Assembly (NCBI GenBank): GCA_040218735.1
Contig: JAVJQW010000033.1
Coordinates: 32,001 to 96,000 of the forward strand
Direction: 5' to 3'
DNA length: 64,000 nt
Source of the DNA: Deltaproteobacteria bacterium
Lineage (GTDB): Bacteria > Myxococcota > Kuafuiibacteriia > Kuafuiibacteriales > Kuafuiibacteriaceae
The position numbers and the translations under genes were made by a program. Shown here in pieces: positions 9,938 to 19,926 of the stretch (position 1 is its first letter; each line of letters starts with the position of its first letter). The notes beneath the pieces were generated by a model. It saw only the letters and a list, made by a program, of their open reading frames with translations. It made no database searches and was not told where the DNA came from.

Positions 9938-11263
9938 GTGGCGGACGTCTTTCTGCGTTACGCGCGCGCTGATCTGGAGATCGCGCAGCGGGTACTCGGT
10001 GTTCTGGGATACGCGGCTTCAGGCGGGGGAGTACTTCGACGAGAAGATCGAGGCGGAGCTGGAGGCTTGCGTGTGTGTGGTGGTGCTGTGGAGCGAGCGC
10101 TCGGTGAAGCGGCGGTAGGTTCGGGTCGAAGCGCGGGAGGGGGCGGAGCGGGAGATCCTCGTGCCGGTGTCGGTACACGGGGCGCGCCCGCCGCTGGAGT
10201 TTCCGGGGATCCAGACGCTCGCGATGGACGAGGCCTCGAAGGAGGTGCTCGAGGCGCTGTGGGGCGCGGTGTCGCGGCACGTGGCGCCGTCGTCGGGAGC
10301 CGAGTCGGACGTCGTCGCGAAGCACGGTGGTGAGGTGCTGAACGCGATCGAGGTGCTTCAGGGGCGCTCGAGGGATGACGACATCGAGACGGCGCTTCAG
10401 CTCGCCGGGGGGGAGGCGTTCGGGAGGACGGGCCTCCGCAGCAGCGTTCACGCTTCGTCGAACCCAAGCGGGTCGCGCGGGGGTCGCGGTCTCGGGGCTC
10501 CGCGGGGTGGGCGTTCGATGAGGCGACGGACGGGTTGGGACGTAGCGCGGTCGTGCGGATCGGTGACGTCGGGTTTCGGATGCGGTGGATCGAGGCCGGG
10601 ACGTTCCAGATGGGATCTCCGCCGGAGGATCGGGAGGCCTTCGACCGCGAGCGACCGCAGCACGTCGTGAGGCTCTCCGAGGGGTTCTGGATCGCCGAGG
10701 CGCCCTGCGAGCAGCGGCTCTGGGAGGCGGTGATGGGGTCGAATCCCAGCCAGTTCAAGGGGGGGAGCCGGCCCGTCGAGCGGGTCTCGTGGGACGTCGT
10801 GCAGGCCTTCCTCGCCGCGACGCCCGCGGCGCTGGGGCTCCGCCTGCCGACCGAAGCGGAGTGGGAGTACGCTTGCCGCGCGGGTTCGACCGCGCCGCGC
10901 TACGGTGAGCTCGACGCCATCGCTTGGTACCGAAAGAACGCGGGCGCCGGGACCCACGCGGTGAAGGAGAAACAACCCAATGTGTGGGGCCTCTACGATA
11001 CGTTGGGCAACGTCTACGAGTGGTGTGCCGATGGCGCCGATGGCTTGGTGGGTGATCGGTACGCAGCAGGGGTCCGCGCGAATCCGGTCGGCCCGTCGGG
11101 CGAGCGCCCGGGCCGCGTCTTGCGTGGTGGCTCGTGGGACGCCGACGCGGGGTACGTCCGCGCAGCGTGCCGCTTCGCGGCCCTCCGCGACCTTCGCCGT
11201 GGCGTCGTCGGGTTCCGGCTTGCCCGAGGTCGAGCCCAGCCCAGCCCCGGCGGAGCCGGTTAG
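9938..11263 (+). pseudogene. Disrupted TIR-domain + FGE-sulfatase/C-type-lectin-fold protein
   Basis: VADVFLRYARADLEIAQR | frameshift/deletion | GYSVFWDTRLQAGEYFDEKIEAELEACVCVVVLWSERSVKRR*VRVEARE is a TIR_2 pattern, with TAG at 10116-10118 where Trp is conserved. A second frameshift lies near 10407-10440. An intact FGE domain follows (FQMGSP, RPVERVSW, LRLPTEAEWEYACRAG, PNVWGLYDTLGNVYEWC, RVLRGGSW, GFRLAR). Confidence 0.85.
11111..11230 (+). other. Putative DGR variable region (VR)
   Basis: Codons at the positions that are Asn in the RGGSWNNN-R-N-R-N-N---NRNNN-GFR template consensus all end in C or T (GAC GCC GAC, TAC, TGC, TTC, GCC, CTT, CGT, GGC, GTC). Confidence 0.6.
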
Positions 11264-11279
11264 CCCCGCGGAGCGGGGC
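11247..11279 (+). promoter_or_regulatory. Tandem GGA-triloop hairpins, DGR target-recognition type
   Basis: CCGGC-GGA-GCCGG (11247-11259) and GCCCCGC-GGA-GCGGGGC (11263-11279), immediately 3' of the VR; no U-tract. Confidence 0.65.
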
Positions 11280-11694
11280 AGGGAGTGCGCGGGACGCGCC
11301 CGTGACGTGTCCTGCTGACGACACCGAAGTCGACTCCCCATGCACGTCGTTCGCGTCGCGTTCTCCGGAAACAGCGCGGAGCACTTCGGCGCCCGCATAT
11401 GCGGGATCGGCGGAGCCCGGGAAGCGCGACACGCCTCGCGGGCCCCACGCACATCGCGGTGCATCCTCCAGAGCCCGGAGACAGCGTTGCTTCGCACGTC
11501 CGTCGTGCGCTTTTTTCATTCGAGTCTTGACGGATTCGGAGGCCCTGTCCGGCGATTCTCATCGACGAACGCCGTCGCATCCGAGTTTTTCTGAGTTTGT
11601 CCGGCCTTCGCGCGTTGGCGGGCCGTACGGTGCGTTCTGGTCGATATTGGGTTGTGATCCTCGACGAGCGTCGAATCGGAGCCCGAGTCCTCGA

Positions 11695-11703
11695 TGATAC
11701 GAT
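11695..11703 (+). promoter_or_regulatory. Extended -10 element (TGnTAnnnT), probably giving a leaderless transcript
   Basis: TGATACGAT ends 7 nt before the A of ATG 11710; no Shine-Dalgarno sequence is visible. Confidence 0.5.
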
Positions 11704-11709
11704 CGTTGC

Positions 11710-12702
11710 ATGAGTTTGATCGACCGCAAGTTGTCTTGCATGACCCAGGACGATCTCTTGAAAGGCCTTCGAACTGCGCTGCGCGCCGAGCGCGAGAGCG
11801 GCGTTCAGGCCCTCCAATTCATGGCCGAGATCGAGCGCCGTAAACTCTACATTCCGCGAGGCTTCAGCTCCCTGTTTCGGTTCTGCGTCGAGGGCCTCGG
11901 TCTCACCGAGGACCAGGCGTGTCGGCGTGTCGCCGTCGTTCGCGCGGCGGCCCGAGTCCCCGACGTGTTGCCGCTCCTGGCGTCCGGTGAGTTGCACATG
12001 ACTGGCGTCGCCAAGCTCTCGAAGTTCATGACAGACGACAACGCGCACAGCCTCGTCGAGCAGGCGCGCAATAGATCCAAGGCCGAAGTGGAGCTGATGA
12101 TTGCGACCGAGTTCCCGGGCGCGAAGAGTACGGACGACCGCGTCGAAGCCGCGACGGCGGAGACGTTCAATTTCCGCTTCGACGGGAGCGCCGAGGCAAA
12201 GGCGCTTTTGGATCGAGCGAAGGAGCTCACGCCGCCGGGCACGGACATCGGGGAGATCTTCGAGGCCGCGCTCGCGTTGTACGTGGCGAAACTGGAAAGG
12301 CGCAAGAACGGGAGGACGAGCCGCCCGCGTTCCCTCGCTACGAACGACGCGCCGGCGGGCGCCGCATACGTTCCGGCCGCGACCCGGCGCGCAGTCGTGG
12401 AGCGCGATGGTGCACGGTGTACCTACGTCGGCTCCGACGGCCGGCGCTGCAGCGAGCGCTCGAACCTCGAATTCGATCACGTGGGCGGACGGGCGTTGGG
12501 CGGCAAGAGCATCCCCAGCGAGCTGCGATTGCTCTGTCGTTCGCACAACCTTCACGCAGCCCGCGAGGTGTTCGGCCACGAATTCGTCGACCGCAGAATC
12601 CGCGAGCGCCGATCTACCCTGACTGGTCAGGGTAGATATTCCGGACGCGCCGGCGCAGTAGAGTGCGAGCCGTCGGGGGTGCACACCCAGGGGCGGGACT
12701 GA
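11710..12702 (+). CDS. DUF222-like / HNH endonuclease family protein (repeat-type, possibly mobile)
   Basis: N-terminal AEIERRKLYIPRGFSSLFRFCVEGLGLTEDQACRR; C-terminal RRAVVERDGARCTYVGSDGRRCSERSNLEFDH...GG...LRLLCRSHN. Confidence 0.85.
   Translation: MSLIDRKLSCMTQDDLLKGLRTALRAERESGVQALQFMAEIERRKLYIPRGFSSLFRFCVEGLGLTEDQACRRVAVVRAAARVPDVLPLLASGELHMTGVAKLSKFMTDDNAHSLVEQARNRSKAEVELMIATEFPGAKSTDDRVEAATAETFNFRFDGSAEAKALLDRAKELTPPGTDIGEIFEAALALYVAKLERRKNGRTSRPRSLATNDAPAGAAYVPAATRRAVVERDGARCTYVGSDGRRCSERSNLEFDHVGGRALGGKSIPSELRLLCRSHNLHAAREVFGHEFVDRRIRERRSTLTGQGRYSGRAGAVECEPSGVHTQGRD
12612..12637. repeat. Near-perfect palindrome in the HNH gene tail
   Basis: ATCTACCCTGAC-TG-GTCAGGGTAGAT, 12-bp arms. 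Confidence 0.9.
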
Positions 12703-12761
12703 GGGCGTCGATGCCCGCGTTCGAGCGTCCCCTCCACCTCGGTCATTTAGCTCGGGCGTGC

Positions 12762-12861
12762 CACAACCTTCGCGCAGCCGCGACTTGCCGACCGCAGGAT
12801 CCGAAAAGCACCGCTCTGCCGGGCCCGGTCAGGGGCGGACACTCCGGGCGAGCGGTACGCA
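12762..12861 (+). repeat. Degenerate direct copy of the HNH gene 3' end (12544-12657)
   Basis: Collinear shared blocks CACAACCTTC-CGCAGCC, CGACCGCAG-ATCCG, GGTCAGGG and TCCGG-CG. Confidence 0.75.
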
Positions 12862-13208
12862 AACACACACGTTCGTGGAGAGGTACCGCCGGTCGGCCTC
12901 TCGGATTCGTCCATGCCCGGCGTCGGCCTCGGCCACACCGGCTCATCCGGGGGTCCGGAGCGGCGCCGGTGCGCCGTGGCGACTCGTCATCCGCGCCGTA
13001 GCACCGTCGCTCCGCTCATGACGCGGCGCGGGCCAAACCCCTTCCCGTCACCAGCCGGCGAACCACGGGCGAACGCCGAACTAATCCGTTGCGACGGCGC
13101 TGATCCGTACGATCCGACGCACTCGCCGCGTTTCGTACCTGCGGTTCCCCAGCGTCCGCGGCACCGGCCGCCCGCAGGTCCGGCATGGCGTTGGTCCTCG
13201 AGGCCGCA

Positions 13209-14444
13209 TCATGCGCGGCCCGCGGACTCCTGCCCTCGGATCACCCCCAGCGCCACCCAGAACACCAGCCCCACCGTCGCGTGATGCAGCGCGAAGTGTG
13301 TCAGGCCCACGACGAATACCACCACCAGGGTCGACAGCGCCCAGCGCGCGAGGTGCGCGTCGGCTCCTTGCCCTCGCCCCAACGAGCGCGCGTTTCGCAC
13401 GGCGATCCACAGCGCGCCGAAGAACATCATCGAGAAGCCGAACAGCCCCACGATCCCCGTCTCCGCCAACACCTGCAGGAACTGGTTGTGGGGCGACGTG
13501 TGGGTCACACGCGCGAGGTTCGCCGGCATGTGCGGGCCGACGACGCTGCGGTAGACGCCGTGGCCGGCGCCGAAGATCGGGTAGGCCTTCGCGACCTCCA
13601 CGCCCGCGGACATCATCGCCTTGCGGATGCCGGCGTCCTTCGTGAGCGACGACGTCACGCGTTCGCCCTGCGGTGACGCCAGCACCAGCACCACCGTCAC
13701 CACGCCCACCGCGGCGAAGGCCAAGATCGTGCGCAGGCGAACGCGGATCAGACCGAAGGTCACGGCCAACCCGGCGACCAACGCCACGAGCGCCATGCGC
13801 GCGTACGCGAACAGGACGCCAGCGCCGCTGATCACCAACGCGCCGCCGGCCAACAGCCGCCACTTTCGATCCAGCTTCCGATCGATCACCAGCGGCACCA
13901 GCATCACCAGCACCACGGCGCCGACGTGCGCGAGCTTCAGCCGGTTGTAGAACAGCCCGCTCGCGGCGCGAGTGATGCGCGGCCACCCCGGCGTCCAGAT
14001 CTGTCCCGACCGGGGGTTGCTCAACAGGTACGGGTCGAGCGGCAGCTCGCCGACCACGCGCTGCAACAGGCCGTAGGCCGCGTTGATCGTGAACGCCAAA
14101 CCAAACGCCAATGCCACGCGCCCCAACACCCGCGGCGGCGCCTTCGCGATCGTGAAGCCGACCAGCAGGGCGACCGCTTGGATCGGGCGGGTGAGATCCG
14201 TCGAAGACGCCTCACCCTCGAACGACAGGTGCCCCACGCACCCCGCCAACGCCCAGATCAGGATCCCCAGCTCGACGAAGCCCGGTCGGTACCCGCGCAA
14301 TGCCCCCGCCGCGAACGCCACCACGATCGCGACGACACACAGGATCTGCGCCGGTCCCTCGAACAGGGCGAGCATGAACACAAACCCGATCTGCGCCGCG
14401 GGGAGCGCCCGGGCGGCGGTTTCGGACAGACCAGACGAGCGCAC
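13209..14444 (-). CDS. O-antigen ligase family protein
   Basis: RAASGLFYNR, AYARMAL, PIFGAGHGVY, SPHNQFLQVLAETGIVG (WaaL/Wzy_C motif). Confidence 0.88.
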   Translation of the reverse strand: MRSSGLSETAARALPAAQIGFVFMLALFEGPAQILCVVAIVVAFAAGALRGYRPGFVELGILIWALAGCVGHLSFEGEASSTDLTRPIQAVALLVGFTIAKAPPRVLGRVALAFGLAFTINAAYGLLQRVVGELPLDPYLLSNPRSGQIWTPGWPRITRAASGLFYNRLKLAHVGAVVLVMLVPLVIDRKLDRKWRLLAGGALVISGAGVLFAYARMALVALVAGLAVTFGLIRVRLRTILAFAAVGVVTVVLVLASPQGERVTSSLTKDAGIRKAMMSAGVEVAKAYPIFGAGHGVYRSVVGPHMPANLARVTHTSPHNQFLQVLAETGIVGLFGFSMMFFGALWIAVRNARSLGRGQGADAHLARWALSTLVVVFVVGLTHFALHHATVGLVFWVALGVIRGQESAGRA

Positions 14445-14589
14445 GGCGAAGACCGCGTGCGCTTTGACGCGAGCGCGCGTTTCACGTCAACACGGTCGAG
14501 GTTTTCGCGATGCGACGTTCTGCAACGCGCAGCCCCTGCACCGGTACGCCCCCGCGTTGGCCCGCCCCGTGCACTCCCGTCCGGGCGCG

Positions 14590-16263
<1,674 letters not shown>

Positions 16264-16432
16264 GACTGGGCGCCGCGAGGGGGCGGCTAAACCCCCGCAA
16301 CTCATACGCGTTCCGAACGGGCCGTCACCTACGTCGTAGAGGGGGGATGCCTCCCGTAACGGGACGGTAACGTCCGGACCCGCGGCGCTTTCGGCGTGCG
16401 ATGGTACGTGGGGTGCATTGGGCGCGAGCGTG

Positions 16433-18589
16433 ATGAAGCGCTCGAAAGCTCTCCCGCTCTCCTTCGGTTTGATGTTTGCCGTCGCGTGCGGCGGCAGTGA
16501 CGGTGCCAAGGGTCCGGCCGGCGATCCTGGCGCGCAGGGCCCCGCCGGCCCCGCGGGTCCGGTCGGCGGTACCGGCGACCCCGGTACGGACGGCACGAAC
16601 GGCAACGACGGCCGCGACACGATCTTCTCAGGCCCCGGCCTCGCGTTCGAGATGATGAACGCGTCCCTGACCGGCACGACCGCCACGGTCGAGTTTACGG
16701 TCGCCGACGGTGACGGAACCCCGCTCGACGTCGACGGTCGTTACACCGAAGGCGCCGTCTCCGTGAGCTTCGTCCTCGCGGCGCTCGAAGAGGACGCCGA
16801 CGGCGAGGGCGTCGCGTACCACGCGTACACGACGCGCGAGCAGACGAGCCCCATCACGATGGAGACCGCCGAACAGGCGTCGACCGACAGCGGCGGCACC
16901 GTCGAAGTACTCTCCATCGAGGAGGGCCGATACCGCTACACGTTCGGGACGCCCGTCAGCGTGATGGACGAAGGGTGGACCCACACGATCGCGGCCTACG
17001 CGACGCGCACGTTCGAGGAGGTTCGCTACGTCGCGAACCACGAGCTGAACTTCCGCCCGGACGGCGCCGCCGTGACGGTCACGCGCGACATCGCCAACGA
17101 CGACGCGTGTGCCTCCTGCCACGACGACCTGTCGGCGCACGGCGGCTCGCGTCGCGACGTGTTGCTCTGCCAGACCTGCCACACGCCGGACACGGTCGAC
17201 CCGGACACCGGCAACACCGTCGACTGGAAGGTCATGATCCACAAGATCCACCGCGGCGCTTCGCTCCCGAGCGTCGAGGCCGGCGGAACCTACGAGATCA
17301 TCGGCTTCAGGCAGTCGTCGCACGACTACTCGGACGTGCACTTCCCGCAGCTCATCGAGCGCTGCGAGGTCTGCCACACCGGTGAAGATGCGGATCGCGC
17401 GCTGACCGCGCCGGCCCGCGACGCCTGCCTCTCCTGCCACGACACCACGTCGTTCGTGGACCCGCCGCCCGCCGGCATGGTCCTGCACGGCGGCGGCGCG
17501 CAGCCGGACGGTGCACCGTGCAACGTCTGCCACGCGCCGACGGGGAGCATCGCGGGCGTCACCGAGAGCCACCTCACCGCGCTCCTCGATCCGGCGAACC
17601 CGAGCGTCGGCCTCGAGCTGATGTCCGTGTCGAACAGTGGCCCCGGGATGACGCCTACCGTACGCTTCCGCGTGACGGTCGACGACATGCCGCGCGACAT
17701 CATCGCGAACCCGCTCGACACGCTGCGCCTGACCTTCACCGGGCCGAACACCGACTTCGCGACGACGTGGCAGGCGACCGTCGCGGGCGGCGGCCTCGCC
17801 GCGGTCGACGCCGCGGACGGTGTCTTCGACTTCACCGTCGGCGCCGCCCAGGCGGTCCCGGTCGGCGCGAGCGGCAGCTACACCGTCGGCATGGAAGGTT
17901 ACCTGCGCCCCGGCTCGGATCGCTTCGCGGCGTTCAGCCCCGTGATGCCGTTCGCGGTGACGGACGCGGCCGCGGTGCCGCGCCGCACCGTCGTCAGCAG
18001 CGACAAGTGCAACGCGTGTCACTACGACCTCGCGCTGCACGGTGGGCAACGCAAGAACCCGGGCGTGTACTGCGCCACGTGCCACAACGCGAACCTGACG
18101 AACGCAGGCCGCTCGCCGAAGCCCGAGGGTGAAGACATCTACGTCAACACCACCGACTTCAAGCGCATGATCCACAAGATCCACGCGGGCGAGAACCTGA
18201 CGCAGCCCTACGCGCTCGGTGGGTTCGGCGGACCGATCGACTTCGGTCACGTTCGCTACCCGGCGACGCTGTCGAACTGCGACGTCTGCCACGTCGACGA
18301 CTCGCACCAGCTGCCGGTCGCGGCGGGGGTGTTGCCGTCCATCGAAGAGGTGCGGACCTGCCTGGAGGCCCCGGGCGCCGACACCAACGACACTTGTGAC
18401 TCCGCGATGTGGGTCGTGACTTCGACCATCGTGCTGCAGCCGGAGACTTCGGCGTGCACGAGCTGTCACGACTCGCCCGCCGCGCTCGCGCACGCCAACA
18501 TCATGACCACCCCGGATGGTCGTGAGAGCTGCGCGACGTGCCACGGGTCGGGCGCTGGCTACGACGTCGACGTCGTGCACGGGAACTGA
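16433..18589 (+). CDS. OmcA/MtrC-family decaheme c-type cytochrome lipoprotein
   Basis: Lipobox FAVAC; 10 CxxCH motifs in two blocks of five; two (K/R)MIHKIH segments; beta-rich domains between the heme blocks. Confidence 0.9.
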   Translation: MKRSKALPLSFGLMFAVACGGSDGAKGPAGDPGAQGPAGPAGPVGGTGDPGTDGTNGNDGRDTIFSGPGLAFEMMNASLTGTTATVEFTVADGDGTPLDVDGRYTEGAVSVSFVLAALEEDADGEGVAYHAYTTREQTSPITMETAEQASTDSGGTVEVLSIEEGRYRYTFGTPVSVMDEGWTHTIAAYATRTFEEVRYVANHELNFRPDGAAVTVTRDIANDDACASCHDDLSAHGGSRRDVLLCQTCHTPDTVDPDTGNTVDWKVMIHKIHRGASLPSVEAGGTYEIIGFRQSSHDYSDVHFPQLIERCEVCHTGEDADRALTAPARDACLSCHDTTSFVDPPPAGMVLHGGGAQPDGAPCNVCHAPTGSIAGVTESHLTALLDPANPSVGLELMSVSNSGPGMTPTVRFRVTVDDMPRDIIANPLDTLRLTFTGPNTDFATTWQATVAGGGLAAVDAADGVFDFTVGAAQAVPVGASGSYTVGMEGYLRPGSDRFAAFSPVMPFAVTDAAAVPRRTVVSSDKCNACHYDLALHGGQRKNPGVYCATCHNANLTNAGRSPKPEGEDIYVNTTDFKRMIHKIHAGENLTQPYALGGFGGPIDFGHVRYPATLSNCDVCHVDDSHQLPVAAGVLPSIEEVRTCLEAPGADTNDTCDSAMWVVTSTIVLQPETSACTSCHDSPAALAHANIMTTPDGRESCATCHGSGAGYDVDVVHGN
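16502..16618 (+). repeat. Collagen-like (Gly-X-Y)13 stalk in the decaheme protein
   Basis: GAK GPA GDP GAQ GPA GPA GPV GGT GDP GTD GTN GND GRD. Confidence 0.85.
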
Positions 18590-19926
18590 TGCAGAGGTCG
18601 GCGCTCCTCCTCGTCCTGCTCCCGCTCGCCTGCTCCGAAGCGCGCGAGCGGGAGGCTCGGGGGGACTGTGTGAGTTACGTCGAGGACGTCGCGCCGCGTC
18701 TGCGTCAGTACTGCTCGACCTGCCACGCCGAGGATCGCGCCGAAGGCGACTACGTCACCGCCACCTACGGCGCGGTCCTCCAAGGTGGCTCGGATGACGT
18801 CCCCAACGCCATCGCCGGGGACGAGGAATCACGGATCCTCCAAGTGCTCGCCACCGCCGAACGCCACCACCTCGAGGCGACCGCGATCGCTGGGCTGCTG
18901 CGCGAGTGGGTCGTCGAGTGCGAGCTCGCCCACCGCGACTCGTTCGTCCACGAGCCCGGCATCCTCGATCCGGCCAGCGACGCGTTCCATGGCGCGTCCC
19001 TCGCGGGTACCGGCGACGTCTACGCACCGTGCCGCGAATGCCACGGCGATCGACTGCGCGGCGGCGGTACGGAGGTCTCCTGCCGGACGTGTCACCGCCC
19101 GGACGCGACGGACTGCAGCGTCTGCCACCGGCCCGAGAAGGTCGACGCTCCGCACGCGCGCCACGCTGCGTTCGACTGCGAGAGCTGCCACGCGGTCCCC
19201 GAGCGCTACGACGCGCCCGGGCACCTCGACGGCACTGCGGACGTTCGCATCGTCGCCTTTGGGCTGGACGGCGCGTTCGATACGAGCGCGAAGACCTGCG
19301 AAGCCTACTGCCACGGCGAGCAGCGCCCCGCGTGGGGGTCGGGGGAGGACGCCCCGTGCGGCACGTGCCACGGCAACCCGCCGACGTCGCACGCGTTCGA
19401 CGACTGCGCGCGCTGCCACGACACCGCGACGCACGTGAACGGGGCGGTCGAGGTGTTCGAGGACTGCGACGCCTGCCACGTCCCGGCCGAGACCGGCAAA
19501 CACCGCGAGCACCTGTCGCCGCGGCTGCGCCTCACCTCGTCGATGCAGTGCAGCGACTGCCACCTCGTACCCGAGACGGTGACGGCGCCGGGGCACCTCG
19601 ACACGCCGGCTCCGGCGGAGGTGTTCGTCGAGGCGATCCTCGGGGAGAGCCTCGCCGCCGCGCGCGGCGCGAACCCGACCTACGACGGAGCGACGTGCTC
19701 CAACGTCTACTGCCACGGCGACGCGACGCTGTCCTGGGCGCCGTCCACGGAGCACGTGGTGTTCTGCGGGACGTGCCACGGGCTCCCGCCCGAGACGTCG
19801 CCCCACGAATCGTCGATGACGATCCGAACCTGCGTCGACTGCCACGCCAGCAGCGTCGATGGGTTCGGCAACATCATCTTCGTCGACGGAGAAAGTGAGC
19901 ACCTCGACGGTGAAGTCGATCGCTGA
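18589..19926 (+). CDS. CxxxxCH/CxxCH-type multiheme cytochrome lipoprotein (13 motifs)
   Basis: Lipobox LPLAC; 11 CxxCH plus CEAYCH and CSNVYCH; start overlaps the upstream stop (TGATG). Confidence 0.88.
   Translation: MQRSALLLVLLPLACSEAREREARGDCVSYVEDVAPRLRQYCSTCHAEDRAEGDYVTATYGAVLQGGSDDVPNAIAGDEESRILQVLATAERHHLEATAIAGLLREWVVECELAHRDSFVHEPGILDPASDAFHGASLAGTGDVYAPCRECHGDRLRGGGTEVSCRTCHRPDATDCSVCHRPEKVDAPHARHAAFDCESCHAVPERYDAPGHLDGTADVRIVAFGLDGAFDTSAKTCEAYCHGEQRPAWGSGEDAPCGTCHGNPPTSHAFDDCARCHDTATHVNGAVEVFEDCDACHVPAETGKHREHLSPRLRLTSSMQCSDCHLVPETVTAPGHLDTPAPAEVFVEAILGESLAAARGANPTYDGATCSNVYCHGDATLSWAPSTEHVVFCGTCHGLPPETSPHESSMTIRTCVDCHASSVDGFGNIIFVDGESEHLDGEVDR

Noticed and set aside
10116-10118. 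In-frame TAG as programmed readthrough or pyrrolysine
   Set aside because: It is a single TGG>TAG change at a conserved Trp, accompanied by two frameshifts; decay is the simpler explanation.
11392-11405. Perfect 14-bp palindrome CCCGCATATGCGGG between the FGE and HNH genes
   Set aside because: Single occurrence with no supporting context; could be an operator or element end but cannot be assigned.
7552-14444. Strand-composition switch: G/T-rich + strand to ~11 kb, C/A-rich after ~13 kb, suggestive of a replication terminus
   Set aside because: The skew is local and follows convergent transcription. Similar C-rich patches occur near 41.5-42 kb and 51 kb, and no dif-like site was seen.
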